Assembly: GCA_965215015.1 (NCBI GenBank)
Contig: OZ244042.1
Span: 320,001 to 384,000 of the forward strand
Length of the DNA: 64,000 nt
Source of the DNA: Candidatus Poribacteria bacterium
GTDB lineage: Bacteria; Poribacteria; WGA-4E; PCPOR2b
Direction: 5' to 3'
The translations under genes and the position numbers were made by a program. The notes under the pieces were generated by a model. It was not told the origin of the DNA. It ran no database searches and worked only from the letters and a program-made list of their open reading frames with translations. Of this stretch, positions 1 to 8,219 are shown in pieces (position 1 is the stretch's first letter; each line of letters opens with the position of its first letter).

Positions 1-282
1 CTCGTATTCTCAGAGTTCGGACGACGCATCAGGGACAACGCCAGCGGCACCGACCACGGCACAGGCGGAGGCGCGTTCATTGTTGGGGACCATGTCCAAG
101 GAGGGCTATACGCAGAGTATCCATCCCTCGACCCCGCTCGATGGGCAAACGGCGAAGACCTTGAGCATACGATAGACTTCCGCGGCATATACGGAACGGT
201 CCTTGAACAGTGGATGGGACTCGAACCCACCCCAATCGTAGATGGTACATTTGAACAGATCCATCCTTTTGGGAGCAAGTAA
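1..282 (+). CDS. DUF1501-family protein, 3' part (truncated by window start)
   Basis: Frame 1 reads LVFSEFGRRIRDNASGTDHG...GGLY...TIDFRGIYGTVLEQWMG...GSK-stop (TAA 280-282); SEFGR/GTDHG/DFR motifs are typical of DUF1501. Not in the supplied ORF track. Confidence 0.85.
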   Translation, partial: LVFSEFGRRIRDNASGTDHGTGGGAFIVGDHVQGGLYAEYPSLDPARWANGEDLEHTIDFRGIYGTVLEQWMGLEPTPIVDGTFEQIHPFGSK

Positions 283-334
283 GGCTTTGATGAGGCGAGG
301 GGGCGAGTGTATGAGGAAGTGGAAAAACGAGCAG

Positions 335-400
335 AATAAAACGCGAGGACGTTATGATACAATAAAAAATCCTTGCGTCTTTGTGCCTGTGCGTTAGATT
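335..400. repeat. Periodic-arm palindrome, family B (ACGCAAGG / CCTTGCGT type)
   Basis: aataaaacgcgaggacg...ccttgcgtctttgtgcctgtgcgttagatt; related copies at 1572-1630 and (right arm only) ~38925-38965. Confidence 0.55.
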
Positions 401-476
401 TTCTGTCCGGTTTTCTTGTTTTTTCGCTTTCTCACATACTCGCTCATCCACCCACACAGATTTCAGGAGGTGAATC

Positions 477-1472
477 ATGGGTAGACCATACGGACTGCTA
501 CGTGCAGGCTTCCCATTTTTCAAAACTGTAGGGATGCGGCGACACACCAACTTTCCTGTTGATGTTGCGCTTGGAAAGGGAAACAACCTGTACATATTGT
601 GTCGAAGCGGCGACGCATCGATGATTAGAAAGTACACCGTAGATGAGGAGAACTTGGGCGAAATTGGCGGTGTAGCAACGTGGGGAGTTGCAATTATTGC
701 TGACAATGAGGAGAATCTTTACATTTCTGATGAAGCGAAGCATTGTATTGCAGCGTTCAACACAGATGGTAAGCCCCTCAGCACTTGGGGGGAGTATGGC
801 AACGGAGATGGACAACTCAATGCCCCTGCGGGTATCGCCTTCGATGCCGAAGAGAATATCTACGTTGCCGATAGTATGAACCACAGAGTCCAGAAGTTTA
901 CCAAGGATGGCGAGTTTATCTCGAAGTGGGGCAGCTACGGCGATGGAGAGGGTGAATTTAATATGCCATGGGGCATCACTGTTGATGAGCTAGGAGATGT
1001 TTACGTCGTAGACTGGCGCAACGACAGGGTACAGAAGTTCAATGCTGAGGGGGAGTTTATCTTCGCATTCGGCAAGTCCGGTTGCGAGGATGGCGAGTTC
1101 AATAGACCCACTGACGTGGCGGTAGACAATCACGGCGATATTTACGTCGCTGACTGTGGAAATAACCGCGTACAACTGTTCAATTCCGAACCGAGGTACG
1201 TAGAAAAATTCCTAGGAGACGCAACACTCTCAAAAACCGCAATTGATTATATGATGACGAACGCTAGCCCCAATCGTATGAGGGATATGGCAAATCTTGA
1301 ACCACAGAAATTGTTGAGGCGTCCGACATCGGTGACAATCAATGGAGATGGACTACTGTTTATAGCGGACAACTGCTCATATCGAGTGCAAATCTACAAG
1401 AAGGAGGCCATTCCGTTAACAGAACAAGAGTTCGGTCCCCCGAGGCGGTCGCCGACACTCCACCAAGAGTAA
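477..1472 (+). CDS. NHL-repeat beta-propeller protein
   Basis: Repeats G(D/E)G(Q/E)(L/F)NxPxGI(A/T)xD..xxYV(A/V)DxxNxRVQ(K/L)F; RBS aggagg upstream. Confidence 0.92.
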   Translation: MGRPYGLLRAGFPFFKTVGMRRHTNFPVDVALGKGNNLYILCRSGDASMIRKYTVDEENLGEIGGVATWGVAIIADNEENLYISDEAKHCIAAFNTDGKPLSTWGEYGNGDGQLNAPAGIAFDAEENIYVADSMNHRVQKFTKDGEFISKWGSYGDGEGEFNMPWGITVDELGDVYVVDWRNDRVQKFNAEGEFIFAFGKSGCEDGEFNRPTDVAVDNHGDIYVADCGNNRVQLFNSEPRYVEKFLGDATLSKTAIDYMMTNASPNRMRDMANLEPQKLLRRPTSVTINGDGLLFIADNCSYRVQIYKKEAIPLTEQEFGPPRRSPTLHQE

Positions 1473-1489
1473 TTTGAGGCACATGTTAC

Positions 1490-1553
1490 AAAGAAAGTGC
1501 AAAACGCGAAGAAAAGCCGAGTCTTTTCTTAAAAATTTGGTTTCTGTTGAACC
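1490..1553. repeat. Short palindromic element (CCGAGT..T / A..CTCGG type)
   Basis: aaagaaagtgcaaaacgc..gaaaagccgagtc..aaaaatttggtttctgttg; related to 22403-22468 and 52215-52278. Confidence 0.5.
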
Positions 1554-1571
1554 ATTTCTTAACATGAGTCA

Positions 1572-1630
1572 GAAATAAAACGCAAGGACGCAAGGACGCA
1601 ATGAAAGACAAAGCGTCATAGCGTTAGATT
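1572..1630. repeat. Periodic-arm palindrome, family B
   Basis: aataaaacgcaaggacgcaaggacgcaa (8-nt period)...gcgtcatagcgttagatt; same ends as 335-400. Confidence 0.55.
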
Positions 1631-1985
1631 GACTGTACGGCGGCACCTCCGCCCGTACCTGCCCAAAACTCGGCACCTGTTACACAGTTGTAGAGATTAA
1701 CGATTGTCAGCCCTTATGAATTAACCCTGATAAATTGCTATTACGAGGCATTGAAGCATAGGAGCATTTAGCTCTCCTGTAGAAGGAATTTCCGAATCCC
1801 GACCCATCGCTCAGGCAAGGAAAAAACCGAAAACTCAATGACCCTGATTGAAGCACTCAGCTGCAGTTAATTAGCTCTTAAATAATTCGACAATTCATCA
1901 TCGTAGTTCAGCGATGAATCGCCGAAAAACACATCTCTCGTCGCTCGGTGTATCCAGCGACTACAATCTAAAAGAGGTTTGAACG

Positions 1986-4900
1986 ATGTATAATTGGAAA
2001 TTAAGTGCACTTTTTGTTATCGGTTTGATGATGATTCTAGGAGTATTCAATAAAGCCGTGATGGCATCAGCAAATGACGGTCGGGGAACAGTAACGGTAG
2101 CTTGGTATGATCGGGACATAACAAGCGATACAATTGTTGGTGCTTCTAATACGGATACCCCTCTTAATGCTGGCAGTACACATAATATTCTGCAATTTAC
2201 CTACACAGCACAAGACAGTGATAATAACGCCATAAATATGGCTGGCGGGAGGGTCCAAATTAGGTTCCCCAGCGGTTGGAAAGTGTCTAATAAATTGATA
2301 CAAGTCCAGGATGGTAACGACGTAGTATACCAAACGGATAGCATGGGCAATCTTGATACCGACAATATCTTTATTGGCGAGGACCTTGATACCGATGAGA
2401 AGAAGGCCAAAGCAGATGCTACTGTGACATTTGAAGCCGACAGACGCATAACAGTCAACCTTAGCTCAGAGTGGAGCAGCTCAAGGAGCAACGCCGCCAG
2501 AGAACTTGTAATCATATTGAGTGATGTTACTGCCCCCATCCCTTCTCGCCTACCTGAAACTGATGATGAGAACGAAATCTATGTTGATTATGCAAATGAT
2601 TATGCTACGATTTCGTTCCAGTGCAGCTCCAGTGCCCGGAACGGCACACTGAGTCGGTTATCGGACACAGTTGAGGTCAAAGTTGGAAACATTTTGGGGA
2701 ATCGTGATTTGGCGACTGACCTCAATGAGGATGGGGAACCCGACGACCCTGAGACGCGGGACCCTCTCATAAGAGAGTTTAAGGTTACACCGGCGAGAGT
2801 ATTCACAGGAGATGAAAATATCTCCGTTCAAATTGTCTTTGAAGCCCCTGGGCCGATGTACGGTTCTGATCTCGACATAACCATTCCCCCCGCGCTCCAG
2901 GCAAGTCAGGCTAGTGATATTACAGTGTCAGGAAGAGGCGGTGCCACTATTGGTGATACGTCTAATATCACTGTCAACCCTACTATCCCCATTAATACGA
3001 TCGATAGGGGGCAGAGAGTTATTGTTTCATATCGAATAGCCACGGTTGGGGATGTTAGTGGTCATAGGGAATCCGTCACCGCGACGACAACACTTACGAG
3101 TACAGCGGGGGCAAAGGTCACAGGGGGAGTGGTAAGTGCAACAGCGGGGTCTGGAAGGATGGACATTTCGCCCACTTTTGTGGAGGCAAGTTCTCCGCGC
3201 AGAGATATTACCCTGACTTATACCGCGTATACCAAACTTGAGAACGTTGATATAGAGATTAATCCAGAGGGGATTGTTATAGATAGCAGCGACCAGGCAC
3301 TACAGAAAACTAGCTCTAGTGACTACGGTTATGTCTCTGGTTCCCGTAGCTCTGCTAATTTAGACGTTACAAACAATATAATTACTTGGGAGAATATCAC
3401 TCTTGAAAAAAATAAAACGTTGCGGACCACCATACGCAGGGTCAATATCTCACAGACAGCGGGCAACTATAGTTGGACAGTGAAGGTTGGACCAACCGGT
3501 GATACGCTTCAACCAATTGAGGACGATTTGATCACCAATGTTGATGAGCGCCCCGTCCTCTCCGTGGTGAGAACATCGGGGGACGCTGTTCGATTTGAAA
3601 TCGCTAGCAGCGAGAACATCTTCCCCGCCGGAAGTCAGGAAACAATCGTTTTCAGGTTTATAGCGGATTCCACCCCCATCCGGGATGGCAGGGTTTCGTT
3701 GATAATCCCCCCCGCCTTGGGCAGTGCCCCCACGACAGCGAAAGATACAGACGGGCGGGTGACCGCCACGAGTGATGGTACGCTTGCAGCGGATCAACCC
3801 ACCGTATCCGGGCGTACGGTCAACGTTGCAATCAAGCAGCTGGAGGTCGGTGAAACTGTAACAATCAAGTACGGTACCGATGAGGATGATAAAGCGAGTG
3901 AGAAGGCCGTGTTACATTATGCGGCAAATGATGCGGTCAGAGTTTCCGGCACTTTTCGTGTCTCATCAAGTGCGAGTACCCGGTCTGCAGGGTCCGTAAC
4001 GCTCAAACTGACCAACATCGCCGACGGCACGGGTTCTGCGACGCTAGTGCCGACCTCCATTGCAGCAGGCAGTAATAATCAGGCGATTGAGGTAGTGTTC
4101 ACCGCAGCCGGAACGATGAATGGGGGGCAGGTGAGTCTTGAAATTCCATCGGGGTGGGGGGCCATGCAGGAGGACCCCACAAAGCGTAACTATGTGACCG
4201 TTAGAGGTTCCGTATCCGCATTGGATGTCGGGAGCAGTAGAGCGATAGCGACGATTCGTACGCTTAGCAAGGGAGACAGCTTCCGATTTATCTATGGTGG
4301 TGGTACATCGAGTGTCAACAATGGGGTGGAGGTCCAGACCGGCATTGGGACTGCCCAATTCACGATTAAATCCGATGGGGATGGGGATGAAGTCTTCAAA
4401 CTAGTCACAAGCAATGTGGAGCACGAAGGCAGAGAAAAGATAAGAAATCCGAAAAAGCTGGGGCGGATTTATGCAGATGCCCCCGGTGTCTTACAAATTG
4501 AAGTGTCTGGCGCATTAGATGGCACGGGCATGGCAACCGTTAATCCCACAGAAGTTTCCGCTGCTGCGAACGATGTGCAGTTAGTATTTACCTACACACC
4601 GAGTCAGACTATTGTAGATGGTGCCCTGAGATTCACCGTTCCAGCAGGTTGGAGTAAACCTCAAGTGGATGAGTTGGGGAGTCCGGGGTATACCGAAGTG
4701 GATGGACTCGGGCTCGGCTCCTCCACGGATGATGATAAATCCTCTATCACCGTACCTATCTTTTCCCTCGACAACACACAGACCGTCAGAATCATCTACG
4801 GAGCGACTGACACCGGGCGTGCAGTTGCTGCCACCACGACGGGCACCAATTCATTCAGAATTGAGATTCAGGGACATGAAGGAGGGAGTCTTACAGCCAT

Positions 4901-5825
4901 TCAAAGGCAGCCCTCAGTGAGCGTCACAGGTCAAGGGAGTGGCGGAGGAAAAGCGATAATTACTGTGAGGCCCGTCAGTGGGGATACTTCCCTCTATGCC
5001 GGTGATACAAACCGTACGCTCACAATTGCTTATACCGCGGCGGGTCAAATGGTTGATGGCAGGATCCGCCTCACCATCCCTCCCGACTGGTCCGCGCCGA
5101 GTGCTAGCACCCTGATTGTCAGACCTTCAGCGTCCACCCGTTATGACGGTCGAATGGTGGTTGTCGAGGGTGTCAATTTGAATGCAAACAGTACAATGAA
5201 CTTCATCTATACCGGTGATGTGCAGCCAACGGTAGAAACAGATGTCACATTTGTTGTCGCGGTTCACAGCGGGCTTGCCGGAGATTCTTTCGCAGAGGTT
5301 TCGGGTGATGATACGATGCTCACGGTTGATGTCCAAGAGGCGAGACGGGGCTCCGGTTCAGGTGTAGTCACGCCAACGACTGTTAAAGCCGGGGCGACCG
5401 GGGTGAACCTCACCTTTACCTACACCGCGGTTGGTGAAATTTCTGGGCCGCGGGAGTTTCGCGTTCAAGTGCCCTCGAGTTGGACACCACCGAGTAACGC
5501 TGTAACCGCGCCTGAAAATAAGGGAACCTACAGGGTTGTGCATCGGCACGGTGGTGTAGAGACGAGGACAAGTGTGGAAAAACTCGCCCCGGTTGGCAGG
5601 GATATGGTTGCCCGTGTGAGATTGGGTGGGCTTGAGGTAGAGGCGGGAGATCAGATAATATTCACCTACGAGAATGCTGACGCACCTGCGGCCTCTGAAG
5701 TATCTGCTTTTAGGATAGTTTTTGATGGCCGGCAGATTCAAGACAACACGCAGGTGAGAGTCGGCACCGGCACCCCCCCCGCCCCCCGACGCCCCCGTAG
5801 TCCTCATTCTCACCGCTACGGTTGA
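1986..5825 (+). CDS. Large secreted multi-Ig-like surface protein, N-terminal part (frameshifted at poly-C)
   Basis: Signal peptide; about 8 repeats of motif (L/I)xF(T)YTAxxxMxxGx(V/I)xxxIPxGW; Thr/Ser/Gly/Val-rich; ends in atypical tail PRRPRSPHSHRYG just after the C8-G-C6 tract. Confidence 0.85.
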   Translation: MYNWKLSALFVIGLMMILGVFNKAVMASANDGRGTVTVAWYDRDITSDTIVGASNTDTPLNAGSTHNILQFTYTAQDSDNNAINMAGGRVQIRFPSGWKVSNKLIQVQDGNDVVYQTDSMGNLDTDNIFIGEDLDTDEKKAKADATVTFEADRRITVNLSSEWSSSRSNAARELVIILSDVTAPIPSRLPETDDENEIYVDYANDYATISFQCSSSARNGTLSRLSDTVEVKVGNILGNRDLATDLNEDGEPDDPETRDPLIREFKVTPARVFTGDENISVQIVFEAPGPMYGSDLDITIPPALQASQASDITVSGRGGATIGDTSNITVNPTIPINTIDRGQRVIVSYRIATVGDVSGHRESVTATTTLTSTAGAKVTGGVVSATAGSGRMDISPTFVEASSPRRDITLTYTAYTKLENVDIEINPEGIVIDSSDQALQKTSSSDYGYVSGSRSSANLDVTNNIITWENITLEKNKTLRTTIRRVNISQTAGNYSWTVKVGPTGDTLQPIEDDLITNVDERPVLSVVRTSGDAVRFEIASSENIFPAGSQETIVFRFIADSTPIRDGRVSLIIPPALGSAPTTAKDTDGRVTATSDGTLAADQPTVSGRTVNVAIKQLEVGETVTIKYGTDEDDKASEKAVLHYAANDAVRVSGTFRVSSSASTRSAGSVTLKLTNIADGTGSATLVPTSIAAGSNNQAIEVVFTAAGTMNGGQVSLEIPSGWGAMQEDPTKRNYVTVRGSVSALDVGSSRAIATIRTLSKGDSFRFIYGGGTSSVNNGVEVQTGIGTAQFTIKSDGDGDEVFKLVTSNVEHEGREKIRNPKKLGRIYADAPGVLQIEVSGALDGTGMATVNPTEVSAAANDVQLVFTYTPSQTIVDGALRFTVPAGWSKPQVDELGSPGYTEVDGLGLGSSTDDDKSSITVPIFSLDNTQTVRIIYGATDTGRAVAATTTGTNSFRIEIQGHEGGSLTAIQRQPSVSVTGQGSGGGKAIITVRPVSGDTSLYAGDTNRTLTIAYTAAGQMVDGRIRLTIPPDWSAPSASTLIVRPSASTRYDGRMVVVEGVNLNANSTMNFIYTGDVQPTVETDVTFVVAVHSGLAGDSFAEVSGDDTMLTVDVQEARRGSGSGVVTPTTVKAGATGVNLTFTYTAVGEISGPREFRVQVPSSWTPPSNAVTAPENKGTYRVVHRHGGVETRTSVEKLAPVGRDMVARVRLGGLEVEAGDQIIFTYENADAPAASEVSAFRIVFDGRQIQDNTQVRVGTGTPPAPRRPRSPHSHRYG
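5773..5787 (+). repeat. Homopolymer tract C8-G-C6 at the frameshift junction
   Basis: ccccccccgcccccc; removing one C joins ORFs 1986 and 5836 in frame. Confidence 0.9.
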
Positions 5826-5835
5826 TAGGTCCATC

Positions 5836-7545
5836 GTGAAGGCAGGGGAGAGGGTAACCGTAACGGCCACCGGCACGGCAGGGCGGAGGGCTACCTTCTC
5901 GGTCGGCTCGGTTATCTCCAATGTCGCTATGAACGAGCTCCCGTCGGGGACATATACCGGCAGCTTTACTGTCGTTGACGACGTGCACGATGGGGTACAG
6001 ACTGTCACTGTCAATCTTGACGGGGCCCAAACAACGGCAGGGACTCTCACCATTGACACCGCCGAGCCAACCGTAACGGTTCAGGTCTCTCCTGCGAACG
6101 CTACCAATGGCGATACGGTTACCATCACCGCTACGGTGTCCGAGGCAGTGACTTCTGTAGAGGCGGATGTCTCCGCACTTGATACGACACAAACGGCACC
6201 GATTCGACTGACGCTATCCAATAGTACCTATAGTGGATCCTTCACTATCAGTAATGATAACCAAGCAGCCGATGGCCCGCAAACCATCACTGTAACAGCA
6301 ACAGACATCGCCGACAACAGCGGCATCGGGTCTACAACCGTGACCTTGACAAACATACTGAGATACACTTCAACGATATCGCCAGGAGTTAGCCTGCTCC
6401 ACGTGCCGTTGGATGTCGAAGGCCTCGACACCGTGGGTGATCTCCGCAGTATGCTTGGCAGTGCTGTCGCTCTGATAATTACCTATGATCCCGCTTCAGG
6501 GTCGTGGAATAGCCGTAGTAACGATGTGATAATTACAGCCGACCTCGGCATCATTGTTTCAATGATCTCCGAGAAGACAGTCACTTTCACAGGCGATGCG
6601 TGGGGGAACGGCACCTCGACGATAAGCCTCCACAGAGGAACAAATCTCATCGGGTTGCCCGTCAATGCTCCAGGGGTGACGAATGTCAGTGACATCATGG
6701 CTCTGTTTGGTAGGGGTGTAGTCACAAGCATGATTGTTTCGACAGGTCCCGGTCAATTCCACTCGGTCAGTCGAGCCGGAGCCCCAGGGGATATCCCCAT
6801 CATGGGGGATGTGGCATATCTTGTAACGGCGACCGCCAATAAGACCGTTACCCTCACGGGTACCGGTTGGCGTAATGGTGGCGCAGGTGCCGCGCCCATC
6901 CCGCTCGTTGGATACAAGGACGACAGCCAGACGCCTGTCCTGTCTGTTGAAGGTGCTGTCGTTGATGAAATCACCGGACTCGCAAAAGAGGGCTTCCGGG
7001 TCAAGGTGAAGAACCTATCAACAAAAGCATCACTCAGCAGCATCACCTCAGTCGAATCAGCAAATGGCTACAACATAACCTTTGTTAATCTGACCGACGG
7101 CTATACAGCACAGGTCGGAGATGTGCTGGAGGTTTCCGTTGATTCCCCAGATCCGCTAATTGGTGTCAAACCGGGGCACCACATCGTTACGGTTGATGAT
7201 GTGAAAAGTAGCCGTATCCAGTTGGAAGACCTCATCGCGTATGAGATTCCCGCGGAGACGCAGCTTCTGCGGAACTACCCGAATCCCTTCAATCCCGAAA
7301 CGTGGATTCCGTATCGTTTGGCAGAGGATGCCGACGTATCGTTGACCATTTACGATTCAAACGGAGGACTGGTCCGAACCATCCATGTGGGACATAAGAT
7401 CGCAGCAGTGTATGAGTCGAAAGCGAAAGCAATCTACTGGGATGGCCGTAACCGTTTCGGTGAACAAATTGCGAGCGGCGTGTACTTCTACAACCTGAGC
7501 GCAGGGGACTTCTCAGCCACCCGCAAGATGCTGATCCTGAAGTAG
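5836..7545 (+). CDS. C-terminal part of the same surface protein: Ig-like repeats plus T9SS-type-A/FlgD-Ig-like sorting domain
   Basis: Frame is open upstream through the poly-C (PPPPDAPVVLILTATVDRSIVKAG); no signal peptide; C-terminus LLRNYPNPFNPETWIPY...WDGRN..GE..ASGVYFY.L.AGDFSATRKMLILK. Confidence 0.85.
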   Translation: MKAGERVTVTATGTAGRRATFSVGSVISNVAMNELPSGTYTGSFTVVDDVHDGVQTVTVNLDGAQTTAGTLTIDTAEPTVTVQVSPANATNGDTVTITATVSEAVTSVEADVSALDTTQTAPIRLTLSNSTYSGSFTISNDNQAADGPQTITVTATDIADNSGIGSTTVTLTNILRYTSTISPGVSLLHVPLDVEGLDTVGDLRSMLGSAVALIITYDPASGSWNSRSNDVIITADLGIIVSMISEKTVTFTGDAWGNGTSTISLHRGTNLIGLPVNAPGVTNVSDIMALFGRGVVTSMIVSTGPGQFHSVSRAGAPGDIPIMGDVAYLVTATANKTVTLTGTGWRNGGAGAAPIPLVGYKDDSQTPVLSVEGAVVDEITGLAKEGFRVKVKNLSTKASLSSITSVESANGYNITFVNLTDGYTAQVGDVLEVSVDSPDPLIGVKPGHHIVTVDDVKSSRIQLEDLIAYEIPAETQLLRNYPNPFNPETWIPYRLAEDADVSLTIYDSNGGLVRTIHVGHKIAAVYESKAKAIYWDGRNRFGEQIASGVYFYNLSAGDFSATRKMLILK

Positions 7546-7556
7546 CCTCCGCAATA

Positions 7557-7602
7557 GTTCATTAGTTCATCAATTCATGAATCAACCGATGAACTAATGA
7601 AC
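7557..7602. repeat. Perfect 15-bp inverted repeat with 8-nt periodic arms (family D), possible terminator
   Basis: gttcattagttcatc (7557-7571) / gatgaactaatgaac (7588-7602), 11 bp after the stop of the surface-protein gene. Confidence 0.7.
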
Positions 7603-7639
7603 AAATTGTTTTCATGCCGCCCGCCTCCTGTTTCACACA

Positions 7640-7694
7640 TCACACCCACACCGTATACATCAAGTGATCTAAGATGCACCCACGCAACGACCAG
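7640..7694 (-). pseudogene. Relic of the 3' end of a DUF6785/6784-type gene
   Basis: 45/55 nt identical to 10183-10237, first 21 nt exact; minus strand reads WSLRGCILDHLMYTVWV* versus WSLLGIILDRPMYTVWV*. Confidence 0.8.
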
Positions 7695-7703
7695 TTTATA
7701 CCG

Positions 7704-8102
7704 CGGAGGTTGGGTTGAGCGGAACCGATGAAAAGCGTCAACATATTACCCAACGAGGCCGGGGGGGCTCTGATTGGAATTTTGTAAATTGAGTGAAACC
7801 CAACACTTGATCGTCGGTTAGATTGAGGCGTTGGGTTTCACTGTATCTATCTTAGGACTTACGCACGTATACACAAGTTTCCAACCTGTAATCGCCCGCA
7901 GAGCCCCGATGGATCAGGATTTCCGCTGCGCTGCAACCTGCCCTCGATTTTATCGGGGTCAGCAAACCTGCGCGACGATGGGGGATAATTCGACGTTCTG
8001 ACTACTAAACTGCGTAATCCCTTATAAAGTGCTGTTTTTGAAAGGTAAAACCTCTATTGTCTTTTATGGGTACTGGTGTCTAACCGTTCAACCCAACCTC
8101 CG
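7704..8102. mobile_element. REP-doublet (REPIN-like) element containing a nested MITE
   Basis: Terminal IR cggaggttgggttgagcgg (7704-7722) / ccgttcaacccaacctccg (8084-8102), 18/19 match; internal gaaacccaac/gttgggtttc pair. Confidence 0.7.
7853..8023. mobile_element. MITE with TAGGACTTACGCA-type terminal inverted repeats
   Basis: TAGGACTTACGCA (7853-7865) ... TGCGTAATCCCTT (8011-8023); same TIR family at 17874, 22097, 24411, 47141 and 56551. Confidence 0.6.
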
Positions 8103-8219
8103 TGATGTCAAATGTCAACAGAACCTACCAACTTCGGGTGGCTGGCTAACCGACCACAGATGGTCAGACGCTCTGCATCATCGAACCGTCCCGCATGAAC
8201 GCTGGTCAGTGAGAATGAT

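Noticed and set aside
77-706. 209-aa minus-strand ORF and other long antisense ORFs (e.g. 5358-6059, 34489-35064)
   Set aside because: Shadow frames overlapping well-supported genes on the opposite strand or in another frame.
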